A DNA stretch of 63,608 nucleotides, from contig JAPLXQ010000004.1 of NCBI GenBank assembly GCA_026395995.1, forward strand, positions 1 through 63,608, in the 5' to 3' direction. This stretch comes from Candidatus Nomurabacteria bacterium (GTDB lineage: Bacteria > Patescibacteriota > Minisyncoccia > Phycocordibacterales > UBA9973). The notes beneath the pieces were generated by a model. It searched no databases and was not told the DNA's origin. It saw nothing but the letters and a program-made list of their open reading frames with translations. The translations under genes and the position numbers were made by a program. Every line of letters begins with the position of its first letter. The stretch's first letter is position 1. This document shows, one piece after another, positions 9,516 through 19,579 of the stretch.

Positions 9516-10736
9516 TTATACAAAATGTCCTACTAGTTGATAAATAGGAACAATGATTGAAATAGCAATCGCTCCAATCATAAAGCCCATAATAAGAAGT
9601 AAGACTGGTTCAAGAATAGACGCTAATTCTTTTAATTTATTATCTACTTCTTCGTCATAAAAGTCTGAAAACGTAATGAGTATTTCTTCTAAAGATCCAG
9701 TTTTCTCACCGACAGTAATAAGACTGATTAAAAGATTAGGAAAAAGTTTTGGAAATTTACCAAGAGCAACAGAGATAGGAATACCATTTTTAATATCTTC
9801 AATTGTCTTTTCAATAGCAATAGTATAATTATGATTATCTATAGATTCTGCAGAAATAGAAAGTGCTTCAATAACAGAAAGGCCACTACCTATCAAACTA
9901 CCAAAAGTACGTGAAAATCTCACAAGAGCAATCTTTTTAATTAAGTCATCAGCTACTGGAAGATGTGAAATAATATAAAAGAAGAATTTTTTACCAATTT
10001 TTGTTGTACGAAAATAAGTAAAAAACCATATTAATAAACCAATAACAATCAAATCAGCTGTAAAACTCCAGGTAAGGATTTTGGAAACAGCAAGAAAAAA
10101 CCTAGTAATCAATGGCAATTGAATATTACTAGCAATAAAAGAAGTTGCCAACTTTGGCAAAACAAATATCAGCATTAAGGATACAACAATAGTAGAGGCG
10201 ATCAAAAGAATTATAGGGTATGTCAAAGCTGATTTGACTCTATTTCTAAGTGTATTTTCTTTTGAAAAATACACTGCTAGCTCTCCTAATTTTTTTGATA
10301 AATTTCCAGAAACTTCACCAGCTTTTATCATTCCAAAGAAAATTGGTGGAAATAAATTTTTGTATTCGCCAAAACTAGAAGAAAAAGACTGACCATTTAT
10401 AACCATAGCCTGAGATTTTTCAAGAATTTTCTGCATCAATTTATTTTTTGTATCTTTTTTTAAAATATCAAGAGATTCCACAATAGAAAGACCGGCTTTT
10501 ATTGTGGTCGCGAGATTACGTACTAAAAACATAATATCAGTAGAACCAATACTACTAAACAAATCAATCGATAAAAGTCCTTTATTTTTTACATTTTTAC
10601 TTATATCTTCTATGGAGATTGGTATCAAATAACGTTTTGATAGATATTCAACTATCTCTTCTTTTGAAGAAGCTTCATAATTCCCTTTTATAATTTCATT
10701 ATTTTTATTGTATGCTTCGTATAAATATATAGACAT
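9516..10736 (-). CDS. pilC: Type IV pilus / T2SS platform protein PilC (GspF family)
   Basis: 406 aa with duplicated T2SSF-type cytoplasmic domains and 3 TM segments. It lies immediately downstream of the PilB ATPase. Confidence 0.9.
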   Translation of the reverse strand: MSIYLYEAYNKNNEIIKGNYEASSKEEIVEYLSKRYLIPISIEDISKNVKNKGLLSIDLFSSIGSTDIMFLVRNLATTIKAGLSIVESLDILKKDTKNKLMQKILEKSQAMVINGQSFSSSFGEYKNLFPPIFFGMIKAGEVSGNLSKKLGELAVYFSKENTLRNRVKSALTYPIILLIASTIVVSLMLIFVLPKLATSFIASNIQLPLITRFFLAVSKILTWSFTADLIVIGLLIWFFTYFRTTKIGKKFFFYIISHLPVADDLIKKIALVRFSRTFGSLIGSGLSVIEALSISAESIDNHNYTIAIEKTIEDIKNGIPISVALGKFPKLFPNLLISLITVGEKTGSLEEILITFSDFYDEEVDNKLKELASILEPVLLLIMGFMIGAIAISIIVPIYQLVGHFV

Positions 10737-10741
10737 AAAAA

Positions 10742-12454
10742 TTATTCATTAACTACACGCATTACTTCTTCGATAGTAGTGACACCTCTTTCTACTTTAT
10801 TTAAACCATCTTTAAACATAGTAATCATTCCATTCGAAATAGCTTTTTGTCTTAATAAAGATACCTGAATATCATCTTTTATTAATTCTCGAATATCATT
10901 GGTCATCCTAAAAACTTCAAAAATTCCTATTTGTCCTGTAAAGCCTGAATTATTACAAATATTGCAACCACGTCCACGATACAAAAGAGTTGGAACATCA
11001 CCAATTTCTTCATGACCAGATAATTTTATTTGTTCTTTTATTGAATTTATAATTTCATCTGTAGGTTTATAAGATTCAATACAAGAATTACAAATACGAC
11101 GGACTAGTCTTTGTGCAATAATTAAATTAATGGTTGAAGCAAGTAAAAATGCTGGTGCTTTCATGTCGAGCAATCTAGGAATTGCTGAAGGTGCATCATT
11201 TGTATGCAAAGATGACAAGACTAAGTGCCCAGTAAGAGAAGCTTGAATTGCTATTTCTACTGTTTCGTTATCTCTTATTTCACCAATCATAATAATATCA
11301 GGATTTTGACGTAGAAGAGCCCTAAGACCATTTGCAAAGGTTATACCAGCCTTTACGTTAACCTGTGTTTGATTTACTCTAGGAAATTCATATTCTACCG
11401 GATCTTCAATCGTTGTGATATTTACCAATGGTGTATTCAAAATATGCAAAATAGCGTAAAGGGTCGTAGTTTTTCCATGGCCCGTCGGACCAGTGACTAA
11501 AATCATTCCATGTGGCTTTTTTATTTCTTCTTCTAGAATTTTTTTCTGTTCTTCTCCAAAACCAAGGTCTTCTAATGTGAGTGGTCTAGCTGAACTTTTT
11601 AGTAGTCTCATTTCTACTTTTTCTCCATGAAATACCGGCATAATATTTACGCGAACATCTAGACTAGCACCATCTTCTAGCTCAAAACGAAAACGTCCAT
11701 CTTGAGGAACTCGATGTTCATCTATTTGTAAATTTCCTAATACTTTTACTCGAGCTACAAGAATAGGAGCTATTTGAACAGGTAAACTTAAAATTTCAGA
11801 CATTATTCCATCTATTCTAAATCTAATTAAAAGAGCATGTTCTAGTGGTTCAAAATGAATATCTGAAGAATTCAAGGTTATGGCTTGATTAATAATATTA
11901 TCTAATATAGCAATGATAGGTACAGCAATAGCTGTCTCTGAAAGATTCTTTTGGCTTGCAATCAAAAGCGATTCTTCTATGTTTTGAGAAATAATTTGCT
12001 CAAAACCAACATTGATTTTTTGTTTATATTGTTTGAAACCATAATGTAAATTAGAATATGTAGTAATGTATGGTTCTACCCAAGCATTAAATTTGGCACG
12101 TACATATTCTATGGTGTCATAATCGTACGGATCAAGCATGGCCAGCTTGACTATTCCCTTTTCTTTATCATAAGAAAAAAGTACTACATTTTTTGATTTT
12201 GCAAAAACTTCTGGTAACAATTCTAAAACAGAATTATTAATAATCTCTTTTTTTAGGTTGACTACTGGTACACCATAATAAGAACTCAAAGTTTCAGCTA
12301 AAAAATCTTCTGTAATTTTTTCATTACCAATTAAAATATTAGTGATAGTTTGCCCGCTTCTTTTTGACTCTTCAAGTGCTAAATTAAAATCATCCTCACT
12401 AATAAGACTGGATTCGAGTAAAATTGATTTTAACTTTTCTTCACTTATATGCAT
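10742..12454 (-). CDS. pilB: Type IV pilus assembly ATPase PilB (GspE family)
   Basis: Walker A GPTGHGKTT, Asp box, Walker B IIMIGEIRD, His box SSLHTNDA and a tetracysteine motif CNSC...CNIC. Confidence 0.92.
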   Translation of the reverse strand: MHISEEKLKSILLESSLISEDDFNLALEESKRSGQTITNILIGNEKITEDFLAETLSSYYGVPVVNLKKEIINNSVLELLPEVFAKSKNVVLFSYDKEKGIVKLAMLDPYDYDTIEYVRAKFNAWVEPYITTYSNLHYGFKQYKQKINVGFEQIISQNIEESLLIASQKNLSETAIAVPIIAILDNIINQAITLNSSDIHFEPLEHALLIRFRIDGIMSEILSLPVQIAPILVARVKVLGNLQIDEHRVPQDGRFRFELEDGASLDVRVNIMPVFHGEKVEMRLLKSSARPLTLEDLGFGEEQKKILEEEIKKPHGMILVTGPTGHGKTTTLYAILHILNTPLVNITTIEDPVEYEFPRVNQTQVNVKAGITFANGLRALLRQNPDIIMIGEIRDNETVEIAIQASLTGHLVLSSLHTNDAPSAIPRLLDMKAPAFLLASTINLIIAQRLVRRICNSCIESYKPTDEIINSIKEQIKLSGHEEIGDVPTLLYRGRGCNICNNSGFTGQIGIFEVFRMTNDIRELIKDDIQVSLLRQKAISNGMITMFKDGLNKVERGVTTIEEVMRVVNE

Positions 12455-12492
12455 ATTGTTTCTATTATACCATATCTATGGTGATAAATTAA

Positions 12493-13164
12493 TTACAATA
12501 GATAAATTAATATTAATTTTGTAAATAATAGAGCTAACATAGTAGATATAATAAAAAAGGGTTCTATCTGGATTGTCTTTTTGTTAAATAGATATGCAAA
12601 TAATAGATACAAAATAGAAATAGAGAAGCCAAGAGAAATACATACAAAAATATTAGGCCAACCAGAAACTAACATTAAAACAAGTAAAAATTCTGGTCCT
12701 TTTTCCATAAAACCACCTCTATAAAATTTCCAAATTCTAAATATTAAATAAAAGAAAATAGCTGTCAGAAATAAAAGCAAGGTGTAAAACCATATTCTAC
12801 CCAACACATAATATAAAAAATAACCTAAATGACCATCAAAAACCAAATTTCTACTCCATTCCAAAAAATTTGGTAATGGTGCTTCTTTTGAAAGTGGTAA
12901 TTTTAATAATGCCTTAGTAATATCACTAGATATGGACCAAACATAGTATTGCCCCCATGTCACGAATATAGAATAAGCAACATGTACACCACCAGCAATA
13001 AAAGAGAGCTTCAAATAAGAAATATTTTTTACCCAAGATGGACGAAAAAATCTTATAGAGACAACAAACAAAAATAATATCCAAAAACCTAAAATAATTG
13101 CATTTAAATTAGAAAAAATAAAATATAAGAATTTCATATAAATCCTATTATATATAAAAAACAC
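12493..13164 (-). CDS. Polytopic integral membrane protein, function unknown
   Basis: 223 aa with about 6 hydrophobic helices, located between pilB and the major pilin gene. I could not find the paired Asp motifs of A24 prepilin peptidases. Confidence 0.5.
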   Translation of the reverse strand: MFFIYNRIYMKFLYFIFSNLNAIILGFWILFLFVVSIRFFRPSWVKNISYLKLSFIAGGVHVAYSIFVTWGQYYVWSISSDITKALLKLPLSKEAPLPNFLEWSRNLVFDGHLGYFLYYVLGRIWFYTLLLFLTAIFFYLIFRIWKFYRGGFMEKGPEFLLVLMLVSGWPNIFVCISLGFSISILYLLFAYLFNKKTIQIEPFFIISTMLALLFTKLILIYLL

Positions 13165-13208
13165 TTCAAAGTAAATGAAGTGTTTTTTATATATTGAACT
13201 ATTAATTT

Positions 13209-13901
13209 TTAATAGTCAGTATTATTTGAACCCATACCTAAGATTGAAAGATTTGTTCCAGTCTCATAATAAGCTGTACTGTTTCCACCGTCTGTCGTCA
13301 ATGATCCAGAGTAAGCTGAACTTTCTAATTGTGCATCAATCTCATAAGCAAGAGGAGTTTGTGAACATGCATAACGATAAACTAAATCTGTACTAGCAAC
13401 GGCTGACAATGTACTGATAGTATTAGTAGGATCTACAGGAAGATTTGAAATTGGAGACCCTCCTGTCAAAGCTGTAAAGTTTATTGGAATCCATCCTGTT
13501 CCATCAGCAAGTGATGGTGTAGCTACTTGGACAGCTGGAGTAGTCACAGTACTAGCATCTAAAGAAACATCAGTAATAGCTGATGAACTTGGTAAAGAAT
13601 ACCAAATCTTATATGTACCTGCCGCCCCCCATGCAGTAGAAGGTACTAACTTACAAGTAGAATTGGCTCCAGAAGAACCCAATGTTGGGCTTGTTGTACT
13701 TGTTAAATAAAGACCGATCGCTGTCTTCATTGTACTCAAATCTGACATACGTTGAGCATCTCGAGACTTCTTTAATGTTTCTGCTGGATTCAAAACAATA
13801 ACAAGAGCTACGGATAAAATTGCCAAGATTGCAATAACAATCAAAAGCTCAAGTAGAGTAAAACCACTTTTTCTATTTTTGGGAATAAAAATATTTTTCA
13901 T
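13209..13901 (-). CDS. Type IV pilin (probable major pilin)
   Basis: KSGFTLLELLIVIAILAILSVALVIVLNP...RDAQRMSDL. The gene has its own strong promoter. Confidence 0.8.
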   Translation of the reverse strand: MKNIFIPKNRKSGFTLLELLIVIAILAILSVALVIVLNPAETLKKSRDAQRMSDLSTMKTAIGLYLTSTTSPTLGSSGANSTCKLVPSTAWGAAGTYKIWYSLPSSSAITDVSLDASTVTTPAVQVATPSLADGTGWIPINFTALTGGSPISNLPVDPTNTISTLSAVASTDLVYRYACSQTPLAYEIDAQLESSAYSGSLTTDGGNSTAYYETGTNLSILGMGSNNTDY

Positions 13902-13934
13902 AAAATTTAATTAACGACTTATAGTAATACTACT

Positions 13935-13963
13935 ATTATACTAAAATCATAAAAAATGGACAA
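13935..13963 (-). promoter_or_regulatory. Sigma70-like promoter of the pilin gene
   Basis: On the minus strand: TTGTCC, 17 nt, TATAAT. It lies about 35 nt upstream of the pilin ATG. Confidence 0.5.
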
Positions 13964-14080
13964 GTATTCTGTTGATAACTTAAACCAAAGGTCCTAAAAT
14001 AGATGAATTATCTATTTTATATGTAGCACTAAAATAAAAAACTTGTTATAATTATTAAAGTTTACTAATAAATTATACTT

Positions 14081-15520
14081 ATGAGCATAATAAACCTTTT
14101 AATAAAAGAAAAACGTATTGCTGGAATCGAAATAAATGATTCCATAATACGTATTGCTTATATTCGTCTATCTAAAAAAAGTATTAGTGATATAAAAAAT
14201 AATACAAAAGACGAGCTTATTCTTATTGAAGAGCCTGTACCAGAAAATACAATCTCAAACGGTACAATTATAGACAAAGATAATTTAATCAAAACTTTAA
14301 AAAAAGTTTGGAATAATAAAGAATTACAAAATCTTTACGCTATTGTCTCTATTCCAGAAGACAAAATATATTCTCGAATTTTTCAATTTCCAAAAGATAT
14401 TACTAAAGACAAACTAAAGGAAGCCGTCGATTTAGCTGTAGATTTTCAATCTCCTTTTAAAAGAGATGATGTCTATTTGGGCTGGGAAAATGAAGAAAAT
14501 CACAATCTGAAGAATGAAGTATTGTTATCTGCAATTTATAAAAAGATAGCAGATGAATATATTGATGTATTAAATAAGTCAGGAATAAATATTTTGACAC
14601 TAGAATCGCACCTTGCAAGTATCAATCGTGCAATCGAATTAAATCCTGAAGAAAAAACATTAATCACCAAGACAAACCAAGATAGTATAACTTTTTTTGT
14701 TTTGAAAAATAGTTTCATCAAATTTTCACGCACAATACCGAAAAATTTTACTAAACAAGATAATTTTTTATCAAACGAAGTAAATAAAATAAAAAACTCA
14801 CTTGAAACAGAAGACGGAGAAAAAATTTTTGAATTATCTCTCACTGAGTGCAAGATTAAAAATGAATACAGAAAATATAAAACTCTTACCAATGAAACAG
14901 AATTGCAATCAAAATGGCTTATTGCTATGGGTGCTTTTGTTCGTGGTGAAATACCAAAAGGTAAAGATAATCAAATAAGCTTATTATCTGTCGGAATGGC
15001 TGAAGCTTATAAATATCAAAAATTGAAAGCTTTTTCTACTTTAATACGTAATATGATTATAAGTGTATCTTTGTTTTTCTTATTTACATTTATTGTAACT
15101 TATTTATTTATCTTTTCTTTCTATCAAAAAATAAATAAAACAAACATCAATATAGCCGCCACATCGACAGATGCACTAGAAAAAGAATCCTTAGTAAGAA
15201 AAACTAATTCATTAACTAATGCAGTTCAATCAATCTTAGTAAAAACACCCAATTGGAGTATTCTATTAGAAGATATAAAGGGCCGGACGATACAAGGTAT
15301 TATTATATCTAGCCTTTCTATACCCTCAATCAATGATCCAATGTCTATGGTTGGAATAGCAAAAGACCGTAATACTTTAAATAATTTCAAAAAAAGCCTA
15401 GAGAAATCAACCTATTTAACTATGGTCGAATTACCAATAACAAATTTGGAAAAAAAGGCAGATATACCATTTTCAATTTCATTTAATATAAAAGATCCGA
15501 ATCTTTTATATTTCAAATAA
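14081..15520 (+). CDS. pilM: PilM-like actin-fold protein fused to a PilN-like membrane segment
   Basis: 479 aa. The N-terminal ~300 aa shows a PilM-like pattern (IAGIEINDSIIRIAYI...). A single TM sits near aa 325-350, followed by a PilN-like periplasmic tail. An extended -10 (TGTTATAAT) lies at 14044-14052. Confidence 0.65.
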   Translation: MSIINLLIKEKRIAGIEINDSIIRIAYIRLSKKSISDIKNNTKDELILIEEPVPENTISNGTIIDKDNLIKTLKKVWNNKELQNLYAIVSIPEDKIYSRIFQFPKDITKDKLKEAVDLAVDFQSPFKRDDVYLGWENEENHNLKNEVLLSAIYKKIADEYIDVLNKSGINILTLESHLASINRAIELNPEEKTLITKTNQDSITFFVLKNSFIKFSRTIPKNFTKQDNFLSNEVNKIKNSLETEDGEKIFELSLTECKIKNEYRKYKTLTNETELQSKWLIAMGAFVRGEIPKGKDNQISLLSVGMAEAYKYQKLKAFSTLIRNMIISVSLFFLFTFIVTYLFIFSFYQKINKTNINIAATSTDALEKESLVRKTNSLTNAVQSILVKTPNWSILLEDIKGRTIQGIIISSLSIPSINDPMSMVGIAKDRNTLNNFKKSLEKSTYLTMVELPITNLEKKADIPFSISFNIKDPNLLYFK

Positions 15521-15521
15521 T

Positions 15522-16085
15522 ATGTTTACAACAAAAAAAATATTAATACTCATAGGGAAAAACACCACAATATCTTTAATAGTTATATTGCTAACAATTA
15601 TTTCAATATTTTTTATAAAAAAAGAAATAATAAAGATAACAGATAAAATAAAAATAGAACAAAAATCAAAACTAGAACTATCAAAAAGAACAGAACTATA
15701 TTCTATAATCGAAAATGACGCAAAAATTATTGGACAAAACGATAAAATTATAGAAAATACATTCATACCCTCAAACAATATAACAGAATTTCTAACAGGA
15801 TTTGATAAAATTGGATCTAAGTATGGAGCAATTCAAAATTATCATTTTGAAACACCAACAGCATCTAGCCTCTCAGAAACATTTAATATATCGACAATTT
15901 CATATTCAAACAGTTTAAATATGAAAAGTATTATAAATCTTATAAGTTATTTAAAAGATTTTGAAAAACTTCCCTATTTTACTAAAATAGACAGTATCAC
16001 TGTACTATCTCAAGACAAACTAGGTTGGGATGGATCGAGTTCTATAACAGTAAAAGCTACATTGGAAACAAAAACAACAAACTAA
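15522..16085 (+). CDS. PilO-like bitopic membrane protein
   Basis: 187 aa with an N-terminal TM and a coiled segment, translationally adjacent to pilM/N. The call rests on position and topology only. Confidence 0.4.
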   Translation: MFTTKKILILIGKNTTISLIVILLTIISIFFIKKEIIKITDKIKIEQKSKLELSKRTELYSIIENDAKIIGQNDKIIENTFIPSNNITEFLTGFDKIGSKYGAIQNYHFETPTASSLSETFNISTISYSNSLNMKSIINLISYLKDFEKLPYFTKIDSITVLSQDKLGWDGSSSITVKATLETKTTN

Positions 16086-16086
16086 A

Positions 16087-16338
16087 ATGAAAAATGAAAA
16101 TATAAAATATAATAATTTTTTAGAAAAGATTAAAATTACAAAAGATGAGATTGTATATCTCATTATTGTAATCTTTTTTTTACTTACAGTAATAGTCCTA
16201 TTCTTTTATTCAACAAATTTTGAAATAACAAATATAAATAAAATATTTTATCAAAACAATGATGTAAATATAGAAACACTCAATAGAGATCAATATTCAA
16301 TAGTAGAAAAGAAGCTTAATCTACCTAAAAATATATAA
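16087..16338 (+). CDS. Small bitopic membrane protein
   Basis: 83 aa with one TM, abutting the previous gene. Confidence 0.4.
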   Translation: MKNENIKYNNFLEKIKITKDEIVYLIIVIFFLLTVIVLFFYSTNFEITNINKIFYQNNDVNIETLNRDQYSIVEKKLNLPKNI

Positions 16339-16349
16339 TACTATCAGGT

Positions 16350-16733
16350 TTAAACCTGAGATAATTTTTCGTTTACAGAAGAAACTATTTTTAATAGTGA
16401 GGTGTCAGATTTTATAAAAAATTCAGATGAAACACCGAAGGATTTTACCCTTGCTTCATCTTCAACTTGACCTAAATTTGTTAAAATAATTACTGGTATT
16501 TTCATATTTTTATCTTTAATGATCTGAAGCACATGAAAACCATCAACTTTAGGCATCATTAAATCACAAATAATTAATGAAAAGTTATTTTTTTCAAGAA
16601 GACCTTCAAACCCCTCTCCACTTTGGAGAGTAGTGACTTCATACCCTTCATGTACAAGCTTCAACTCAAGAGATCGAACAAGAGATTTTTCATCTTCGAG
16701 GATTAAGATTTTTTTAGGATTATTTTCAGGCAT
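16350..16733 (-). CDS. Stand-alone response-regulator receiver (CheY-like)
   Basis: ILILEDEKS ... LIICDLMMPKVDG ... PVIILTN, with no output domain. Confidence 0.85.
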   Translation of the reverse strand: MPENNPKKILILEDEKSLVRSLELKLVHEGYEVTTLQSGEGFEGLLEKNNFSLIICDLMMPKVDGFHVLQIIKDKNMKIPVIILTNLGQVEDEARVKSFGVSSEFFIKSDTSLLKIVSSVNEKLSQV

Positions 16734-16788
16734 ATATTGATAATAGCAAAATTAGACTAAAAAGTCATTAATGACTTTAAAAATACAC

Positions 16789-19416
16789 TTATATCCACTC
16801 ATATTTTTTTATAAAATACATTTTCATAAGTTGGGTCAGAATAAAATATAAAATTACACCCATAAATAAGAATCCATAATATAAGAATGGCAAAGCTGTA
16901 AACTGAAAAGCTCCGGCAAACGGTGAAGATACAAGCCAAATTCCAAAAACAATTACAGAGAAAGTAGATATTATCACCGGCAAGCTAGCACGACTTTGGA
17001 AAAATGGAATTTTACTCGTGCGGATAATATGGACGATCAATGTCTGAGTCAGTAATGATTCCACGAACCAGCCAGTATGGAAAAGTGCAGGATTATTCCA
17101 AGTATGGAAAACATAAAGTAAAACAAAAAATGTAGCATAATCAAATAAAGAACTTATAGGACCGAAAAATAAAATAAATCTTTTTATATTTCTAAAATCC
17201 CATTTTGATGGTTTCAATAACCTATCTTCATCGACATTGTCTGTAGGTATCGTAGTTTGTGAAAAATCATAAAGCATATTGTTCGCCAAAATCTGTATTG
17301 GTAGCATTGGTAAAAATGGCAAGAAAATACTAGCTCCGACAACACTGAACATATTGCCAAAATTCGAACTCGCAGCCATCTTTATGTATTTAATAATATT
17401 TTCAAAAATTCTTCTTCCCTCTTTTATTCCATCTTTTAAAACATTTAGATTCTTTTCAAGTAAAATAAGGTCGGATGATTCTTTGGCAATATCAGCAGCA
17501 GTATCGACAGAAATACCAACATCTGCCGATATAAGAGAAAGAGAATCATTTATACCATCACCTAAAAAGCCGACGACATGACCCTTTGCTCTTAGATTTT
17601 TTATTATTCTTTCCTTATCGTAAGGAGAAAGCTTTGCAAAAACGGAAACACCTTGTATTTCCTTATCCAATTCTTCTTCTGTAAATTTTTCAATATCTTT
17701 ACCTAAAAGTATTTTATCGATTTGCATCCCTACTTCCTGACAGATTTTCCTAGTCACAATATCATTATCTCCGGTCAAAATTTTTACATCTACACCGAGT
17801 TCTCTTAGATCTTCTATCGTCTGCTTCGCACTAGCTTTGGGTGGATCAAAAAAAGCTAAAAACCCTACTAAAATCAAATCGCCTTCATCTTCAATTGAAA
17901 AAACTTTTTTATTTATATCTACTTCTTTGTAACCCACAGCAATAACTCGAAAACCTTGTTTGTTTAGATCTTCTTCTATTTTTAATTTTACATCTTCAGT
18001 AGTACCACTTAATGAAGAAACTTTTCCATCAATTAAAACATTTATACTTTTACCGACAATTTCTTCAACTGCCCCCTTACAAACAAGAATTTGTTTATTT
18101 GTTCTACTATCAGACAAAATTACCGACATTCTTCTACGACTGAAATCAAAAGGTATTTCATCAATTTTTTTATAATTTTGTATATCTAATTTTTCTTTAG
18201 CTTCTTCGTGTTTTAAAATAGCCTCATCAATAATATCTGTCATACCTGTCTGAAAAAAACTATTTAAAAACCCATAATGTAAAATATCATTATTTTCTTT
18301 ACCATAGATATCTAAATATTTTTCTAAAACGACTCGTCCTTCAGTGAGAGTACCTGTCTTGTCAGTACAAAGTACATCCATCACACCAAAATTTTCAATT
18401 GCATCTAGATGTTTTACTATTACCTTTTTCTTGGCCATTGCGAGTGCACCTTTATATAAATTCATTGCGACAATCGTCGAAATCATTTCTGGTGCCATTC
18501 CTACTGCCACAGCCAAGGCAAACAAAAAGGCTTCAAAATAATTACCTTTAAAAATTCCATTTAAAAGGAAAACTGTCGGTACCATAAAAAGCATAAATTT
18601 TAAGGTCAAAAGGACAAATTGTTTCAATTCTTTCGTAAAATCAGAAACATGGGCACTAGTATTAATATCTGAAGCAATACTACCTATATATGTATTTCTA
18701 CCAGTACTCAAGACAATAGCCGTAGCTACACCACTCTCGACGCTCGTACCCAAAAAACATAGATTGCAAAATTCAATAATATTTTTTTCATTTAAACTAG
18801 AATCAATGACATGTTTTTCGGCTGGTAAGGATTCGCCTGTCAGCATTGCTTGATTGATAAATAAGTCTTTAGAAGTAAGGAGCCGAACATCACCTGGAAT
18901 TATTGTTCCAGAATACAAACAGACAATATCACCTGGCACGACATATTTTGAAAGAATTTCTATTTTCTTATTATTTCTAATAACAGTACTTTTTGTATGA
19001 ATAATGGATTTCAATTTGTCGATAGCTAATGCTGACTTTGTCTCTTGATAAAAATTTAAAAATACACTTAGAGCTACCATTAATATAATGACAACAAAAG
19101 ATTTTATATCTCCGACAAAAAAAGAAATAATAGAAAGTGTAAGTAACAATAAATTTATCGGACTTTTTAAAATATTGAAAAATTTAATAAACTGGCTAAC
19201 TTTTTTATCATTTGCCAAATCATTCAAACCATATTTTTTTAATCTATTTTTTACTTCAAGATCATTGAGGCCAATAATATTGGACTTTAATTCTTTAACA
19301 GCAAAATCAGGTTCGTTTTTGGCATAGACGCGTAATATATCAAAAAGTTCATTTTTTGATATATTTGAATGATCTACATCCTTGCTCTGTCTAAAAATAT
19401 GTTTATGCCAATTCAT
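16789..19416 (-). CDS. mgtA: Mg2+-importing P-type ATPase
   Basis: 875 aa with DKTGTLT, TGES, MLTGD-like KILTGDN and GDGINDS motifs. The length and C-terminal TM layout are MgtA-type. Confidence 0.88.
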   Translation of the reverse strand: MNWHKHIFRQSKDVDHSNISKNELFDILRVYAKNEPDFAVKELKSNIIGLNDLEVKNRLKKYGLNDLANDKKVSQFIKFFNILKSPINLLLLTLSIISFFVGDIKSFVVIILMVALSVFLNFYQETKSALAIDKLKSIIHTKSTVIRNNKKIEILSKYVVPGDIVCLYSGTIIPGDVRLLTSKDLFINQAMLTGESLPAEKHVIDSSLNEKNIIEFCNLCFLGTSVESGVATAIVLSTGRNTYIGSIASDINTSAHVSDFTKELKQFVLLTLKFMLFMVPTVFLLNGIFKGNYFEAFLFALAVAVGMAPEMISTIVAMNLYKGALAMAKKKVIVKHLDAIENFGVMDVLCTDKTGTLTEGRVVLEKYLDIYGKENNDILHYGFLNSFFQTGMTDIIDEAILKHEEAKEKLDIQNYKKIDEIPFDFSRRRMSVILSDSRTNKQILVCKGAVEEIVGKSINVLIDGKVSSLSGTTEDVKLKIEEDLNKQGFRVIAVGYKEVDINKKVFSIEDEGDLILVGFLAFFDPPKASAKQTIEDLRELGVDVKILTGDNDIVTRKICQEVGMQIDKILLGKDIEKFTEEELDKEIQGVSVFAKLSPYDKERIIKNLRAKGHVVGFLGDGINDSLSLISADVGISVDTAADIAKESSDLILLEKNLNVLKDGIKEGRRIFENIIKYIKMAASSNFGNMFSVVGASIFLPFLPMLPIQILANNMLYDFSQTTIPTDNVDEDRLLKPSKWDFRNIKRFILFFGPISSLFDYATFFVLLYVFHTWNNPALFHTGWFVESLLTQTLIVHIIRTSKIPFFQSRASLPVIISTFSVIVFGIWLVSSPFAGAFQFTALPFLYYGFLFMGVILYFILTQLMKMYFIKKYEWI

Positions 19417-19520
19417 TTTTGTATTATAAGTATAACATTAAGCAGGATTAAAGATGAAATATTCTTCTAAGTACATATTTAAAATGCTATTATATATCTA
19501 GTGAAAAATAAATATTGCAT

Positions 19521-19549
19521 TTGACAGATATTTGTAATTTTGCTATATT
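19521..19549 (+). promoter_or_regulatory. Sigma70-like promoter of nadE-nrtR
   Basis: TTGACA (19521-19526), 17 nt, TATATT (19544-19549), about 30 nt upstream of the nadE ATG. Confidence 0.6.
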
Positions 19550-19551
19550 AA

Positions 19552-19570
19552 TAGTGTATTAATAACACTA
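19552..19570. promoter_or_regulatory. Palindromic operator TAGTGT-N7-ACACTA (putative NrtR site) over the nadE transcription start
   Basis: tagtgt attaata acacta, immediately after the -10. The same 6-7-6 palindrome recurs at the pncB and pncA promoters. Confidence 0.6.
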
Positions 19571-19579
19571 AAAAAATAC

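Noticed and set aside
12493-13164. Prepilin peptidase (PilD/A24), suggested by its position between pilB and the pilin gene
   Set aside because: I could not find the two conserved Asp-containing motifs (including the GxGDxKL-like box). It is retained only as an unknown polytopic membrane protein.
16789-19416. Antisense ORFs inside mgtA (for example 17279-17581, 17960-18175, 18344-18541, 19088-19327). Similar antisense or alternate-frame ORFs occur inside secA (51776-53419), dnaE (44579-47337), pilB, tkt and gap.
   Set aside because: Each is embedded in a long, motif-rich conserved gene on the other strand or frame. Their compositions are low-complexity mirror images typical of antisense frames.
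19417-19520. Mg2+ riboswitch (M-box) or leader upstream of mgtA
   Set aside because: The mgtA 5' region is short (about 140 nt shared with the divergent nadE promoter), extremely AT-rich, and has no recognisable M-box-like conserved helices.
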